Shown piece after piece: positions 37,634-46,797 of a DNA stretch of 64,000 nt. The notes beneath the pieces were generated by a model. That model was not told where the DNA came from. It saw only the letters and a program-made list of their open reading frames with translations, and did not search any database. Both the position numbers and the translations under genes were made by a program. Each line of letters starts with the position of its first letter. The first letter of the stretch is position 1. The stretch comes from Actinomycetes bacterium (GTDB lineage Bacteria > Actinomycetota > Acidimicrobiia > Acidimicrobiales > Ilumatobacteraceae), in the NCBI GenBank assembly GCA_037147055.1, contig JBAWVW010000002.1, forward strand, positions 4,323-68,322, written 5' to 3'.

Positions 37634-38944
37634 GTGGACCGCTCGCCATCTTCAACTCGAACCATTCTTCACGTCGATATGGATGCATTTTTTGTTTCCG
37701 TGGAAATGCGTCGGCATCCAGAACTAGCCGGTCGGCCAGTCGTCGTCGGTGGTTCGGGGGACCGGGGTGTGGTCGCCGCGGCAAATTACGAAGCGCGTCG
37801 TTACGGCGTTTTCTCTGCCATGGCTTCCTCGAAAGCCCGTCGACTGTGTCCTGGTGCGGTCTTTCTCCCTGGTGACTATGCAGAATATTCATCGGTCAGC
37901 ACTCAAGTGCATGAAATTTTCGCTCGGTATACCCCATTCATTGAGCCGATAGGCCTTGATGAGGCGTTTCTCGATGTGACGGGCTCACTCAATCTTTTTG
38001 GTGATGGCACTGCGACTGGTTGGAAAATCAAGCAACAGATTGCCGATGAACTTCATCTTGCCTGCGCCGTAGGAGTTGCCAGTTCAAAGTTCATAGCCAA
38101 GTTGGCCTCAAAAAAAGCCAAGCCAATACCTACGGCATCGGGGATAGAAACCGGTCATGGAGTGTTGTGTATCAGGCCTGGCAGGGAATTGGAATTTTTG
38201 CATCCTCTTCCAGTCAAATCGTTATGGGGTGTCGGTCCAGCAACCTTGGCAAAACTTGAACGTCTGGGAATTAGTGTGGTCGGAGATTTGATCACACTTG
38301 GGGCAGACAATTTGGAACATGCTCTGGGAAAGTCCAATGGCAACCATTTGTTTGCTTTGGCTCAGGGGATTGATGAGCGACCCGTACAAGGTGGGCGAGA
38401 TGTTAAATCGATGAGCCATGAAGAGACTTTCTCGCATGACATCACCGATCGCGATGGTATGCGTCGTGAAGTAGTGCGACTAGCAGATGCTGTTGCTAGT
38501 CGTTTGCGAGCTCATGGATGCGCAGCGCGTACTTTGACTTTGAAGATCCGTTACGCCAACTTTGAAACGATCACTCGTTCAACCACGCCGGGGTCACCCC
38601 TGTCATCTGCTCCAGGGATGGTCAAGGCCTTGGAACCAATGTTGGAACTCATTGATCCCACTGTCGGAGTGCGCTTGATCGGGTTTAGCGTGAGTGGTTT
38701 GGTTGAACCCGTGGAACAACTTTCACTACTCGGGTTTGATTCTCTCGCTCAAGAGAGCGAATCGGGCGGGGGTCAGACAGTTGCTGACATAGATGGACAC
38801 TGGAGCTCAGCGAGTGCTGCGATTGATGAGATACGAAAAAAGTTTGGGCGCGACGCGATCAACCCAGCCAGTTCGCTGACGCGACCCGACAGACGTGAAC
38901 TAGGTCAATCTCCGTGGGGACCGAACGCGAATGATGCGAAATGA
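37634..38944 (+). CDS. dinB: DNA polymerase IV (Y-family)
   Basis: ILHVDMDAFFVSVE. GTG 37634 lies just after the ppm1 stop (the ORF track opens at 37583). Confidence 0.9.
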   Translation: MDRSPSSTRTILHVDMDAFFVSVEMRRHPELAGRPVVVGGSGDRGVVAAANYEARRYGVFSAMASSKARRLCPGAVFLPGDYAEYSSVSTQVHEIFARYTPFIEPIGLDEAFLDVTGSLNLFGDGTATGWKIKQQIADELHLACAVGVASSKFIAKLASKKAKPIPTASGIETGHGVLCIRPGRELEFLHPLPVKSLWGVGPATLAKLERLGISVVGDLITLGADNLEHALGKSNGNHLFALAQGIDERPVQGGRDVKSMSHEETFSHDITDRDGMRREVVRLADAVASRLRAHGCAARTLTLKIRYANFETITRSTTPGSPLSSAPGMVKALEPMLELIDPTVGVRLIGFSVSGLVEPVEQLSLLGFDSLAQESESGGGQTVADIDGHWSSASAAIDEIRKKFGRDAINPASSLTRPDRRELGQSPWGPNANDAK

Positions 38945-39026
38945 TTGCTCATGCTTGGATTTCAGGTGACAGGGCTGTAAGACTGTGAGCGAGAAGATAT
39001 TTCAGCAATATCCAGGAGGTGAAGCC

Positions 39027-39362
39027 ATGTCTCTGTCAGATGATGAACAGCGAATACTGCGACAAATTGAACAAGAACTACAAAATGACTCGAAGTTTGC
39101 ACAAGCCGTGTCTCCTTCCGGTTTGTACTCACACTCTGCGCGTACGGTTCGCCGCGCGATCTTCGGTTTGGTTGTCGGCCTTGTGCTTCTCGTTGCTCTA
39201 TTACAGGTGCACTTCATGGCAGCCTTTGCGGCCTTTGTCGCAATGTTGGCGCTTTTAGTCATTATTGAACGCAATGCGCGGGCAATGGGTAAAGCGGGAC
39301 TCCAAGATGTTGCAGGGGCGATTCGCAAAGCGCGAGCATCTGCCGGCCGTCGACTTCCTTAG
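39027..39362 (+). CDS. DUF3040-like membrane protein
   Basis: GGAGG lies upstream of ATG 39027. MSLSDDEQRILRQIEQEL followed by two TM helices. Confidence 0.75.
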   Translation: MSLSDDEQRILRQIEQELQNDSKFAQAVSPSGLYSHSARTVRRAIFGLVVGLVLLVALLQVHFMAAFAAFVAMLALLVIIERNARAMGKAGLQDVAGAIRKARASAGRRLP

Positions 39363-39394
39363 ACCTGACGTCGAATAGTTGTCCCGAGCAAACT

Positions 39395-40285
39395 GTGTCA
39401 CCGCAATTAGACACCGTCGTAGTTCAGGAAAAAATCCCAGCGATTTTGGCTGTCGACATTGGGGGAACCAAGTTGGCGACGGCAGTCGTTGACCTTGATG
39501 GAAAAATAATTCTGCGTGACCGAGTGCCGACACCAGCGCGTGACCCTTGGACGACTTTGGCTAACCTCATCAAAAGAGTTCAGGCTTCAATGTCAGATGT
39601 CGAGTTAGTGGCTTGCGGTGTGGCCTGTGGCGGTCCGATGTCGCTCAATGGCGAACACGTGTCACCGTTACATATTCTCTCCTGGCGTGACTTTGAGTTG
39701 CGCTCAATGGTGGCCGAGCTCACTGGTCTAGCGACCTTCGTTGATAACGATGCCAAAGCATTGGCCCTGTCTGAGGGTTGGCTGGGGGCAGCTGCGCACT
39801 TAAAAAACTTCATGGCCGTGGTTGTAGGCACCGGGGTGGGTGCGGGCTTAGTGCTTGATCGACAACTTCGCGATGGGCGTCAAGGCAATGCTGGACATAT
39901 TGGGCACATGATTGTTGAACCTGAAGGGAAACCCTGTCTGTGCGGCGGTTTCGGCTGTCTGGAGGCCTATATCTCTGGTCCCGCCATTCATGCACAGACT
40001 GGTCGCCACGCAATGTATGCGCCCAGCAATGTTGTGGAACGGAGTGGACAACTCTTAGGTCGTGCGTGCGCCGGGGTTGCCGCGGTGGCAGATGTTTCGC
40101 GAGTTGTCGTGGGAGGCAGCGTGGCTCTTGGGTGGGGGATGCCATTTTTTCAAGCAGCCAATGCCGAGTTCACCTTACGATCCAAACTCTCCTTCACAAA
40201 GGAGATAGATATTGTCCCAGTGGGACTCGGCGAGAGTTCTGCTTTGATTGGGGCCGCAGCGATAGCGCTACATAAGATGGGCTAA
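39395..40285 (+). CDS. ROK-family sugar kinase (second copy)
   Basis: AVDIGGTK, DNDAKA and Zn motif CLCGGFGCLEAY. Confidence 0.82.
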   Translation: MSPQLDTVVVQEKIPAILAVDIGGTKLATAVVDLDGKIILRDRVPTPARDPWTTLANLIKRVQASMSDVELVACGVACGGPMSLNGEHVSPLHILSWRDFELRSMVAELTGLATFVDNDAKALALSEGWLGAAAHLKNFMAVVVGTGVGAGLVLDRQLRDGRQGNAGHIGHMIVEPEGKPCLCGGFGCLEAYISGPAIHAQTGRHAMYAPSNVVERSGQLLGRACAGVAAVADVSRVVVGGSVALGWGMPFFQAANAEFTLRSKLSFTKEIDIVPVGLGESSALIGAAAIALHKMG

Positions 40286-40314
40286 TCCAGAGGATCGCGA
40301 CTAGGTTCTGACCT

Positions 40315-41529
40315 ATGCATCCGATGTACGACGCCGAAGTTGAGATATTTCGAAGCCAAGTTAAATCATTTTTGAAGGCCAATCTTTCTGATGATTGGCA
40401 GGGCATCGGTACTTTGCCCGCAAATGAAGCCCAAGCGTGGGTTACTGAGTGGCGAAAAATCTTGTATCACCAACGATATTTGGCACCTGGTTGGCCAGCT
40501 GTCTACGGCGGTGGAGGGATGTCGGCACTTGAGCAGGTGATTTTGGCAGAAGAGTTCGCCAAGGCGGGCGTTCCCACTGGTGGAAGCAACGATGCTTTTG
40601 GTATCACAATGCTTGGCAACACTTTGCTGGCATGGGGAACAGACGAACAAAAAGCGTATTACTTGCCACGTATCTTGTCTAACGAAGATGTCTGGTGTCA
40701 GGGTTACAGCGAACCCAACGCTGGAAGCGATTTAGGAAGTTTGGGGCTACGAGCCACTCTTGACGGGGACCAGTGGATTCTTAATGGTCAGAAGATTTGG
40801 ACATCGGCGGGGCATTTGGCTGATCATATTTTTACCTTGGCGCGCACCGATCCTGATAGTCCAAAACATAAGGGGATCTCGTTTCTTCTTGTTGATATGC
40901 GTCAACCAGGAATTGAAGTTCGTCCCATCAAAATGATCAACGGTGATAGCGAATTTAATGAGGTGTTCTATACCGACGCAGTGTGTCCAAAAGAAAATGT
41001 CATCGGTGGACTGAATAACGGTTGGGCAGTCGCGATGACGTTGTTGGGATACGAACGTGGGGAAGGCGCGGCGACGGTGCCGGTTCGTTTCCAGGCGGAA
41101 CTTGACCGACTATTACTTTTAGCCAAAGAATACGGCGTTGACCAAGATCCGCGTATGCGCCAGAAGTTGGCATGGGCCTATTCGAAGGTGCAAATTATGC
41201 GCTATCTCGGTCTTCGTACGTTGACTAAGTTTTTGCAGGGCGGTCACCCGGGTCCCGATGGTGGAATCTTTAAGCGCTATTGGAGCGAATATCATCAGGC
41301 GGTAACGGAGATATCTCTGGAAATTCTTGGTGCAGATGCGATGTGCCCTGAGGGACGTCAACCATTGAATGCTTTCCAACCCGATGACCGTAGTGCTCCG
41401 AATTCGAGTGCAAGCTGGACAGGTGCATTTCTCAACGCCAGGGCGGGAACTATTTATGCAGGATCCTCGCAAGTTCAGTCGAATATCATTGGTGAAATGG
41501 TGCTTGGACTTCCCAAAGAACCACGTTAG
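40315..41529 (+). CDS. acyl-CoA dehydrogenase family protein
   Basis: QGYSEPNAGSDL motif. 404 aa with ACAD three-domain length. Confidence 0.9.
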   Translation: MHPMYDAEVEIFRSQVKSFLKANLSDDWQGIGTLPANEAQAWVTEWRKILYHQRYLAPGWPAVYGGGGMSALEQVILAEEFAKAGVPTGGSNDAFGITMLGNTLLAWGTDEQKAYYLPRILSNEDVWCQGYSEPNAGSDLGSLGLRATLDGDQWILNGQKIWTSAGHLADHIFTLARTDPDSPKHKGISFLLVDMRQPGIEVRPIKMINGDSEFNEVFYTDAVCPKENVIGGLNNGWAVAMTLLGYERGEGAATVPVRFQAELDRLLLLAKEYGVDQDPRMRQKLAWAYSKVQIMRYLGLRTLTKFLQGGHPGPDGGIFKRYWSEYHQAVTEISLEILGADAMCPEGRQPLNAFQPDDRSAPNSSASWTGAFLNARAGTIYAGSSQVQSNIIGEMVLGLPKEPR

Positions 41530-41531
41530 CT

Positions 41532-41798
41532 ATGACTATTTTCCGTCGCACGCACAGCATGATCATGATCATTGGCGGACTCATGCTGCGCCCACATTTT
41601 TGGCCAATTGCGCTACGCGTCGGCGCTCGGATGATTCCACAGAAATGGTGGACTCGTCGGCCGTATCTACCTGTTCCCCGAAAGGACTACCTCAAGTTTC
41701 GTCTTGAGACCCAATACGGTGGTCATGCGCCGGTGGCCAATCTGCCCGATGTGCTGAGGTATTTGCGCTGGGTGCGCGAATGGGATGCGCAATCGTGA
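41532..41798 (+). CDS. hypothetical protein (88 aa)
   Basis: Starts 2 nt after the ACAD stop. One hydrophobic N-terminal helix. No recognised motif. Confidence 0.5.
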   Translation: MTIFRRTHSMIMIIGGLMLRPHFWPIALRVGARMIPQKWWTRRPYLPVPRKDYLKFRLETQYGGHAPVANLPDVLRYLRWVREWDAQS

Positions 41799-41838
41799 AT
41801 CTTTTCTGCTTGATCGCTCGCCAGGTTTTTGAGTTCTG

Positions 41839-42333
41839 ATGCACAGCGCCCTCGTCCTCAACGCGACATATGAGCCGCTGAGCGTGGTGTCCTCGCGTCG
41901 CGCAATTTGTTTAGTCCTGGGGGATAAGGCCGATCTCATTGAGCATGATGAAAGTTTTCTTCGTTCGGAGCGCTTGTCTTTGCCAAATCCGTCGGTCATT
42001 CGTCTGCGCTATGTCGTCAAGGTGCCGTATCACCGTCGTACCTCGTTATCGCGGCGCGCGGTTTTTGCTCGCGATGACAATCGCTGTCAGTACTGCGCTG
42101 GAATAGCCGACTCTCTTGACCATGTCATGCCCCGTTCGCGAGGAGGTTTGCATATTTGGGAAAACGTGGTTGCTGCGTGTCGCAAGTGCAATCTTGGAAA
42201 GCGAGATCGAACTCCCGATGAGGCGGGAATGAAATTGGCGAAAATACCCTTGATTCCAAAAGAATTAGCATGGGTGACAGTTGCTGCGGGGAGCGTGCCT
42301 GATCTTTGGAAACCGTATCTGGCGCAGTTATGA
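41839..42333 (+). CDS. HNH endonuclease family protein
   Basis: CQYC..DHVMPRSRGG..WENVVAACRKCN (HNH with two CxxC pairs). Confidence 0.85.
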   Translation: MHSALVLNATYEPLSVVSSRRAICLVLGDKADLIEHDESFLRSERLSLPNPSVIRLRYVVKVPYHRRTSLSRRAVFARDDNRCQYCAGIADSLDHVMPRSRGGLHIWENVVAACRKCNLGKRDRTPDEAGMKLAKIPLIPKELAWVTVAAGSVPDLWKPYLAQL

Positions 42334-43007
42334 CTGGAATTGTGACTGAAATCGTCACTGGGTTAGCGACGGACTTTCACGCTCGCTCGTTGCCGAGTGA
42401 ACTTCATCCTCACATCTGGTGGTTCACACCGACACAATCGGCCTTGGTCTTGGGATCAACCCAAGATCTCTCAGTAGTCAATTCAACGGAATGTCTCAAA
42501 CGTGACATTGAAATAGTGAAGCGCCGCAGTGGTGGTGGAGTGGTGCTCCTCTCGAGCGAGACAACAGTGTGGATTGACGTGCTGTTGCCGACCACACATG
42601 AACTATCAGTCAGCGATATTGGTCAAGCCCCGTTATGGTTAGGAAAGTTGTTTCACAAAGAACTTGGTGACCTTGGCGTCGCTGATCTGATTCTTCATGA
42701 AACAGCGATGGAGAAATCTCTTTGGTCAACACTTATTTGTTTTGCTGGCCGGGGTCCAGGAGAAGTATTCACTAGCAGCGGACGAAAAGTCGTTGGTATC
42801 AGTCAGCGGAGAACTCGCGAATGGGTTCGCTTTCAAATCGTGGTATCGCTTGCGTGGAGACCCGATATTTTGTTGGCGATACTCAACGCACCGAAACCAA
42901 CTACTGATGAAATTTCAGAGTGTGGTAGCAACATCGAGATTGATGCTCGTGTCGTGGGGCAAACACTGTTCAACGCACTCGAGGGGACTCTCAGCATTAA
43001 GGGATAG
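42330..43007 (+). CDS. lipoate/biotin protein ligase (LplA/LipB-fold) family protein
   Basis: ATGA overlap with the HNH stop. KRRSGGG and GRKVVGISQRR motifs typical of the BPL_LplA_LipB catalytic module. Confidence 0.72.
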   Translation: MTGIVTEIVTGLATDFHARSLPSELHPHIWWFTPTQSALVLGSTQDLSVVNSTECLKRDIEIVKRRSGGGVVLLSSETTVWIDVLLPTTHELSVSDIGQAPLWLGKLFHKELGDLGVADLILHETAMEKSLWSTLICFAGRGPGEVFTSSGRKVVGISQRRTREWVRFQIVVSLAWRPDILLAILNAPKPTTDEISECGSNIEIDARVVGQTLFNALEGTLSIKG

Positions 43008-44646
43008 TGGTCGTCGTCGTTGGGTTGGTGACCTTACATCCATCCACGGCCTTGACTGGGGGATATGGGTTGACTGCCGCTCCGCCGTACGGGTGATATT
43101 CAAAATGTAAGTGAGGTGTAGAACTACTACCTGTACTGCCGACATAACCAATGACTTGTCCGGCCACCACTTCTGATCCCACTCCTATGTTCTTTTCGAA
43201 AGCCGACAGATGGGCGTAGTAGAAGTACGTTCCGTCTGCCGCCGTCAGGGTGATTGCGTTGCCCCCCAGGGATCCGACATGGTCTAAGGCTTGACGGGAA
43301 ATTCTTCCGTTGTTGGCGGCGTATAGCGGTGTGCCAGATTTAGAGATGATGTCGACGCCTTCGTGCTTGCGACCACCAGAGCGTGGTGCTTGCCATGTGT
43401 CTCCGAACCAGCACGGTCCAAGTACGGGGAAGACAGCCACTGTCATTGCAGGAAGCGCGGGTGTTGTTGTAGTGGGAGGCGCTGATGTGCTCGTCGTCGG
43501 GACGCTGGTGACGATCCGTCCTGGAATAACCCCCAGAGCGAGGGCCGTGAGAAGGTCGATGATTCCTGTAGGAGCAAAACCCTGAGTCGTTTGGTAATCG
43601 GCAATTGCCTTTTGTGTGGCAGGTCCAAACTTTCCGTCGGCGCCACCGGCAACTGTGATCCCAGATGTGATCAAGAGTGTCTGCATCGTTGCCACAGATG
43701 AACCGGTGTCGCCCAACTTCGGGAATGCCGGTCCAGCAACTAGTCCGAGAAGTTGAGCCGTGAGTTGATCAACTATGCCCGTTGAGGCAATTTTCAAAGC
43801 GGTCTGAAATTCCTTGATTGCCGCCGTCGTGGCAGATCCAAACTTGCCATCCACTCCGCCTCGAAGAGCGACACCAGAAGTCACGAGAGCGTTTTGTAGA
43901 ACCTTGACAGCATCTCCGTTTTGACCCGCAGCGGCGAACACGGCAACAATCGGCACGGTGGTTGTGGGTGCAACTGTGGTTGTCGTTGTTGTTGTCGTTG
44001 TAGTCGTTGTGGTTGTTGGCGTGGGTTGAGCAGTGCGAGGTTGGCTTCCAGGAACGGTACCAAGAGCGATAGCCGTCGTGAGGTCCACGACACCGGTGGC
44101 ATTGATGCCATGGGAGGATTGAAATGCTGCAATCGCCGCCGCTGTTGCTGCGCCAAAAATCCCGTCTGCCCCGCCGTTGACGGAGATTGAAGAATAGATC
44201 AGGGCCTGCTGAAGTTGGGCGACAGCAATTCCTCGCTCTCCGCGCTGCGGAAAAGTTGGGATTGGTCCGAGGCCCAGTAAATAGGCAGTTGTTGAGTTGA
44301 GGTCTCCGTCGGCGATTAAGCCATTGTTGGATTGGAAAGTTTTTATTGCTCCAAGGGTGGCCCCGCCGAAGATGCCATCAGCGCCACCCTTGACGGCCAC
44401 CCCACTCTTGATCAGAGCCTGTTGAAGGACAGCTACCGCCGATCCCGTTGCTCCAATTTTTAGTTTGGGTCGAACCGATAGCGGACTAGGAGAATTTTTG
44501 TCCGTTTGAGAGGACTGGACTGACTGGGCCTGCGCAACGGGAGCCAAAGTCAGCATCGAGAGGAGCATGACCGCGCTGAAACACCAGACCTGTCGAACTG
44601 AGCGCAGAGCACTGAAGCGTTGCGAGTGGGTGGTGGTTAGTGGCAC
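42997..44646 (-). CDS. secreted M23 metallopeptidase with four PG-binding repeats
   Basis: Signal peptide ending ..APVAQA. Four PG_binding_1-like units (GxxGxxVxxLQ..L...G......DGxFG..T..A). Thr14 linker. C-terminal HEGVDI and TPHLHFE. Confidence 0.88.
   Translation of the reverse strand: MPLTTTHSQRFSALRSVRQVWCFSAVMLLSMLTLAPVAQAQSVQSSQTDKNSPSPLSVRPKLKIGATGSAVAVLQQALIKSGVAVKGGADGIFGGATLGAIKTFQSNNGLIADGDLNSTTAYLLGLGPIPTFPQRGERGIAVAQLQQALIYSSISVNGGADGIFGAATAAAIAAFQSSHGINATGVVDLTTAIALGTVPGSQPRTAQPTPTTTTTTTTTTTTTTVAPTTTVPIVAVFAAAGQNGDAVKVLQNALVTSGVALRGGVDGKFGSATTAAIKEFQTALKIASTGIVDQLTAQLLGLVAGPAFPKLGDTGSSVATMQTLLITSGITVAGGADGKFGPATQKAIADYQTTQGFAPTGIIDLLTALALGVIPGRIVTSVPTTSTSAPPTTTTPALPAMTVAVFPVLGPCWFGDTWQAPRSGGRKHEGVDIISKSGTPLYAANNGRISRQALDHVGSLGGNAITLTAADGTYFYYAHLSAFEKNIGVGSEVVAGQVIGYVGSTGSSSTPHLHFEYHPYGGAAVNPYPPVKAVDGCKVTNPTTTTTIP
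43975..44016 (-). repeat. run of 14 Thr codons (mixed ACA/ACC/ACG/ACT) in the M23 linker
   Basis: The plus strand reads 14 consecutive NGT triplets. Mixed synonymous codons argue for protein-level selection rather than slippage. Confidence 0.9.
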
Positions 44647-44805
44647 GCAGAGGTATCGGCAGATTGGGGGAGGAACCTTGAGGAAATTTCCATATTTCTC
44701 AACGAGTGGGTGAAATTCCTCTCAAAAAGCGTTTTTTCGCTAGCAGGGTGGAAAAAAAGAAAAAAAAGTGGCGCGAATAGGGGAAATATGGTTGACAAAG
44801 GGGGT

Positions 44806-44846
44806 CTGTGGGGTACAGAGTGGAGGAAATAGGGACGGAGTGGAGG
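44806..44846 (+). promoter_or_regulatory. GTGG-core direct repeats upstream of mraZ (candidate MraZ operator)
   Basis: GTGG at 44808, 44820 and 44840. Exact 9-mer GAGTGGAGG at 44818..44826 and 44838..44846. Lies 50-90 nt upstream of the mraZ start. Confidence 0.3.
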
Positions 44847-44894
44847 CAGAAACCACCCCTTTCTGAGTTTTGAAGCACAAAGAGAGGCAGCAAA

Positions 44895-45317
44895 TTGGAC
44901 GGTTTTGTCGGACGTTTTGAGCGACAGCTCGACCCCAAGGGTCGCGTTGCTCTTCCGGCGACCTTTCGAAACCGACTTGAACCCCGCTGCTATCTCTTGC
45001 TCGGCGATGACAAGTGCATTGGCGTGGTGACAGATGCCGAGTCAAAGTTGCGTGCTGAAGACATGACAGCCGCAGTGAAAAAAGGTGAGCGCACACGGGC
45101 TGAATTGCGCGCATTGGCTGTGAACATGATTGAGGTTCAAGTTGATGCGCAAGGTCGAATCACCATTGATGAGAATTTGCGGCAGTACGCCGGCTTGAGT
45201 GTTGGTGCCAAAGTTGTGGTGTCGGGAGCCTTCGACTCGGTTGAAATTTGGGAGCCAGCACGTTTCGAGCGCATGCTCAGCGCTGGGCAGCAAGCCATTG
45301 GTGGCGATGAAGAATGA
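44895..45317 (+). CDS. mraZ: transcriptional regulator MraZ
   Basis: TTG start. Duplicated SpoVT/AbrB-like halves with LDPKGRVALP and VDAQGRITI. Confidence 0.92.
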   Translation: MDGFVGRFERQLDPKGRVALPATFRNRLEPRCYLLLGDDKCIGVVTDAESKLRAEDMTAAVKKGERTRAELRALAVNMIEVQVDAQGRITIDENLRQYAGLSVGAKVVVSGAFDSVEIWEPARFERMLSAGQQAIGGDEE

Positions 45318-46252
45318 TCGACGCCTCCTTGCCGATTTTTGAGCATCAACCGGTCATGCTGCGCGAGATCACTGAGATTTTTGCGCATGTTCCGGATGGG
45401 TTTGTGCTTGATGCCACTTTGGGCGGAGCCGGGCATACAACTGCTCTTTTAGAGGCCCATCATGGGCTCAAAGTATTAGGCCTGGACCGTGATCCAATGG
45501 CGCTTTCTGTGTCACAGGAACGCCTAGCAACTTTCGGCGATCGTGTTGTGACGCAACATCGTCGATTTGATGATCTAGATGCAGCGATGAATCAGGCAGG
45601 AATCAGCGAGCTTTCTGGAGCTTTATTTGATCTTGGAGTTTCTTCGCATCAACTCGACGCCAGTGACCGAGGGTTCTCCTACCGCCAAGAGGCCATGTTG
45701 GATATGCGCATGGATACAACCGAAGTCAACACCGCATCAGACATCGTCAACACCGCTACAGAGGGCGAGTTGGCGCGGATCCTTCGTGATTATTCAGATG
45801 AACGCTTCGCTGGGCGGATCGCGCGAGCGATCATCGCCGCCCGCCCGATTCAAACAACTGTTGAATTAGCTGAGATCGTGGCCTCGGCTATTCCCGCACC
45901 AGCTCGCCGCCGTGGTGGACACCCAGCCAAGCGCACTTTTCAAGCCCTGAGAATTTCTCTCAACAAAGAATTAGAGATTCTTCCCGATGCCTTGGACGCT
46001 GCCATTCGACGAACTCAAAGTGGTGGCCGAGTTGCAGTTTTGTCGTATCACTCTGGTGAAGATCGCATCGTGAAATCAAGGTTCAAACAACATGTCACTG
46101 GCGGCTGTGAATGCCCAGTTCATTTACCCTGTGGATGCGGTGCCGTCAGTACGGTACGTTTGGTGCGCTCTGCCGCCAAACCATCAGCGGATGAGCAGAT
46201 ATTGAATCCACGCAGCACCTCGGCGCGACTTCGAGTCATTGAGGTCATCTGA
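45314..46252 (+). CDS. rsmH: 16S rRNA (cytosine1402-N4)-methyltransferase
   Basis: HQPVML, DATLGGAGHT, SYHSGEDR. Confidence 0.95.
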   Translation: MIDASLPIFEHQPVMLREITEIFAHVPDGFVLDATLGGAGHTTALLEAHHGLKVLGLDRDPMALSVSQERLATFGDRVVTQHRRFDDLDAAMNQAGISELSGALFDLGVSSHQLDASDRGFSYRQEAMLDMRMDTTEVNTASDIVNTATEGELARILRDYSDERFAGRIARAIIAARPIQTTVELAEIVASAIPAPARRRGGHPAKRTFQALRISLNKELEILPDALDAAIRRTQSGGRVAVLSYHSGEDRIVKSRFKQHVTGGCECPVHLPCGCGAVSTVRLVRSAAKPSADEQILNPRSTSARLRVIEVI

Positions 46253-46797
46253 TGGCGCGCTCACTCAGTGTTCCGCAGAGGCGTTTGCCGGCAGCACAGC
46301 CGACGAAACGCGCCGTTCCCAAGACGGTCACGACGCGAACTGCAAAACAACGCCAAGATGCCAAGAAACCTGTACTCAAGCGGGTCACTTCGCTACCTGG
46401 CGTGACAACAAAAACGCGCCGTATCGTGGTCATCGGAACTTTACTGGCTGGTCTTGTTATCGCTTTCATGCTTGTCGTCGTGATCTTTCAGACTCGAATT
46501 GCTGAAAGGCAGTTGGGAATAGACAAAGTTGAGTCGCAGATTTCCATTGAGCGTGGTCGTTACGACGCCCTGCGCCTTGAACGGTCAAGTTTGCGTGACC
46601 CAGCACGCTTGGTGGCAGAGGCCACGGCCTTGGGAATGGTTCCTGGTCAGGGAACTGACTTCACCGCCGTGGATCCAACAACAATGGCTCTCGTTCTTGT
46701 GTCGACTGGTGGCGTTGATCCGAAAATTCTTGCGATTTCTCATGACCCATTTGAAAACTATGGCGCCGTGAAAGCCACAGTTGGGGATCGCCCGTGA
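46252..46797 (+). CDS. ftsL: FtsL-like cell division protein
   Basis: Positional call (rsmH-X-ftsI). Basic N-tail, single TM, then a coiled-coil-like periplasmic segment. Confidence 0.6.
   Translation: MARSLSVPQRRLPAAQPTKRAVPKTVTTRTAKQRQDAKKPVLKRVTSLPGVTTKTRRIVVIGTLLAGLVIAFMLVVVIFQTRIAERQLGIDKVESQISIERGRYDALRLERSSLRDPARLVAEATALGMVPGQGTDFTAVDPTTMALVLVSTGGVDPKILAISHDPFENYGAVKATVGDRP

Noticed and set aside
37354-37875. 173-aa alternative-frame ORF across ppm1/dinB
   Set aside because: It overlaps two genes with strong motif support in other frames.
44792-44819. Sigma-70-like promoter TTGACA-16 nt-TACAGA upstream of mraZ
   Set aside because: The -35 is perfect, but the -10 lacks the invariant final T. 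I cannot distinguish it from chance without TSS data, so I left it as a note only.
44647-44894. ydaO-type (c-di-AMP) riboswitch or 6C RNA in the leader of the M23 hydrolase
   Set aside because: I read the minus-strand sequence. It is C/T-rich with short C4-C5 runs, but it lacks the paired pseudo-symmetric ydaO arms and the two C-rich loop hairpins of 6C.
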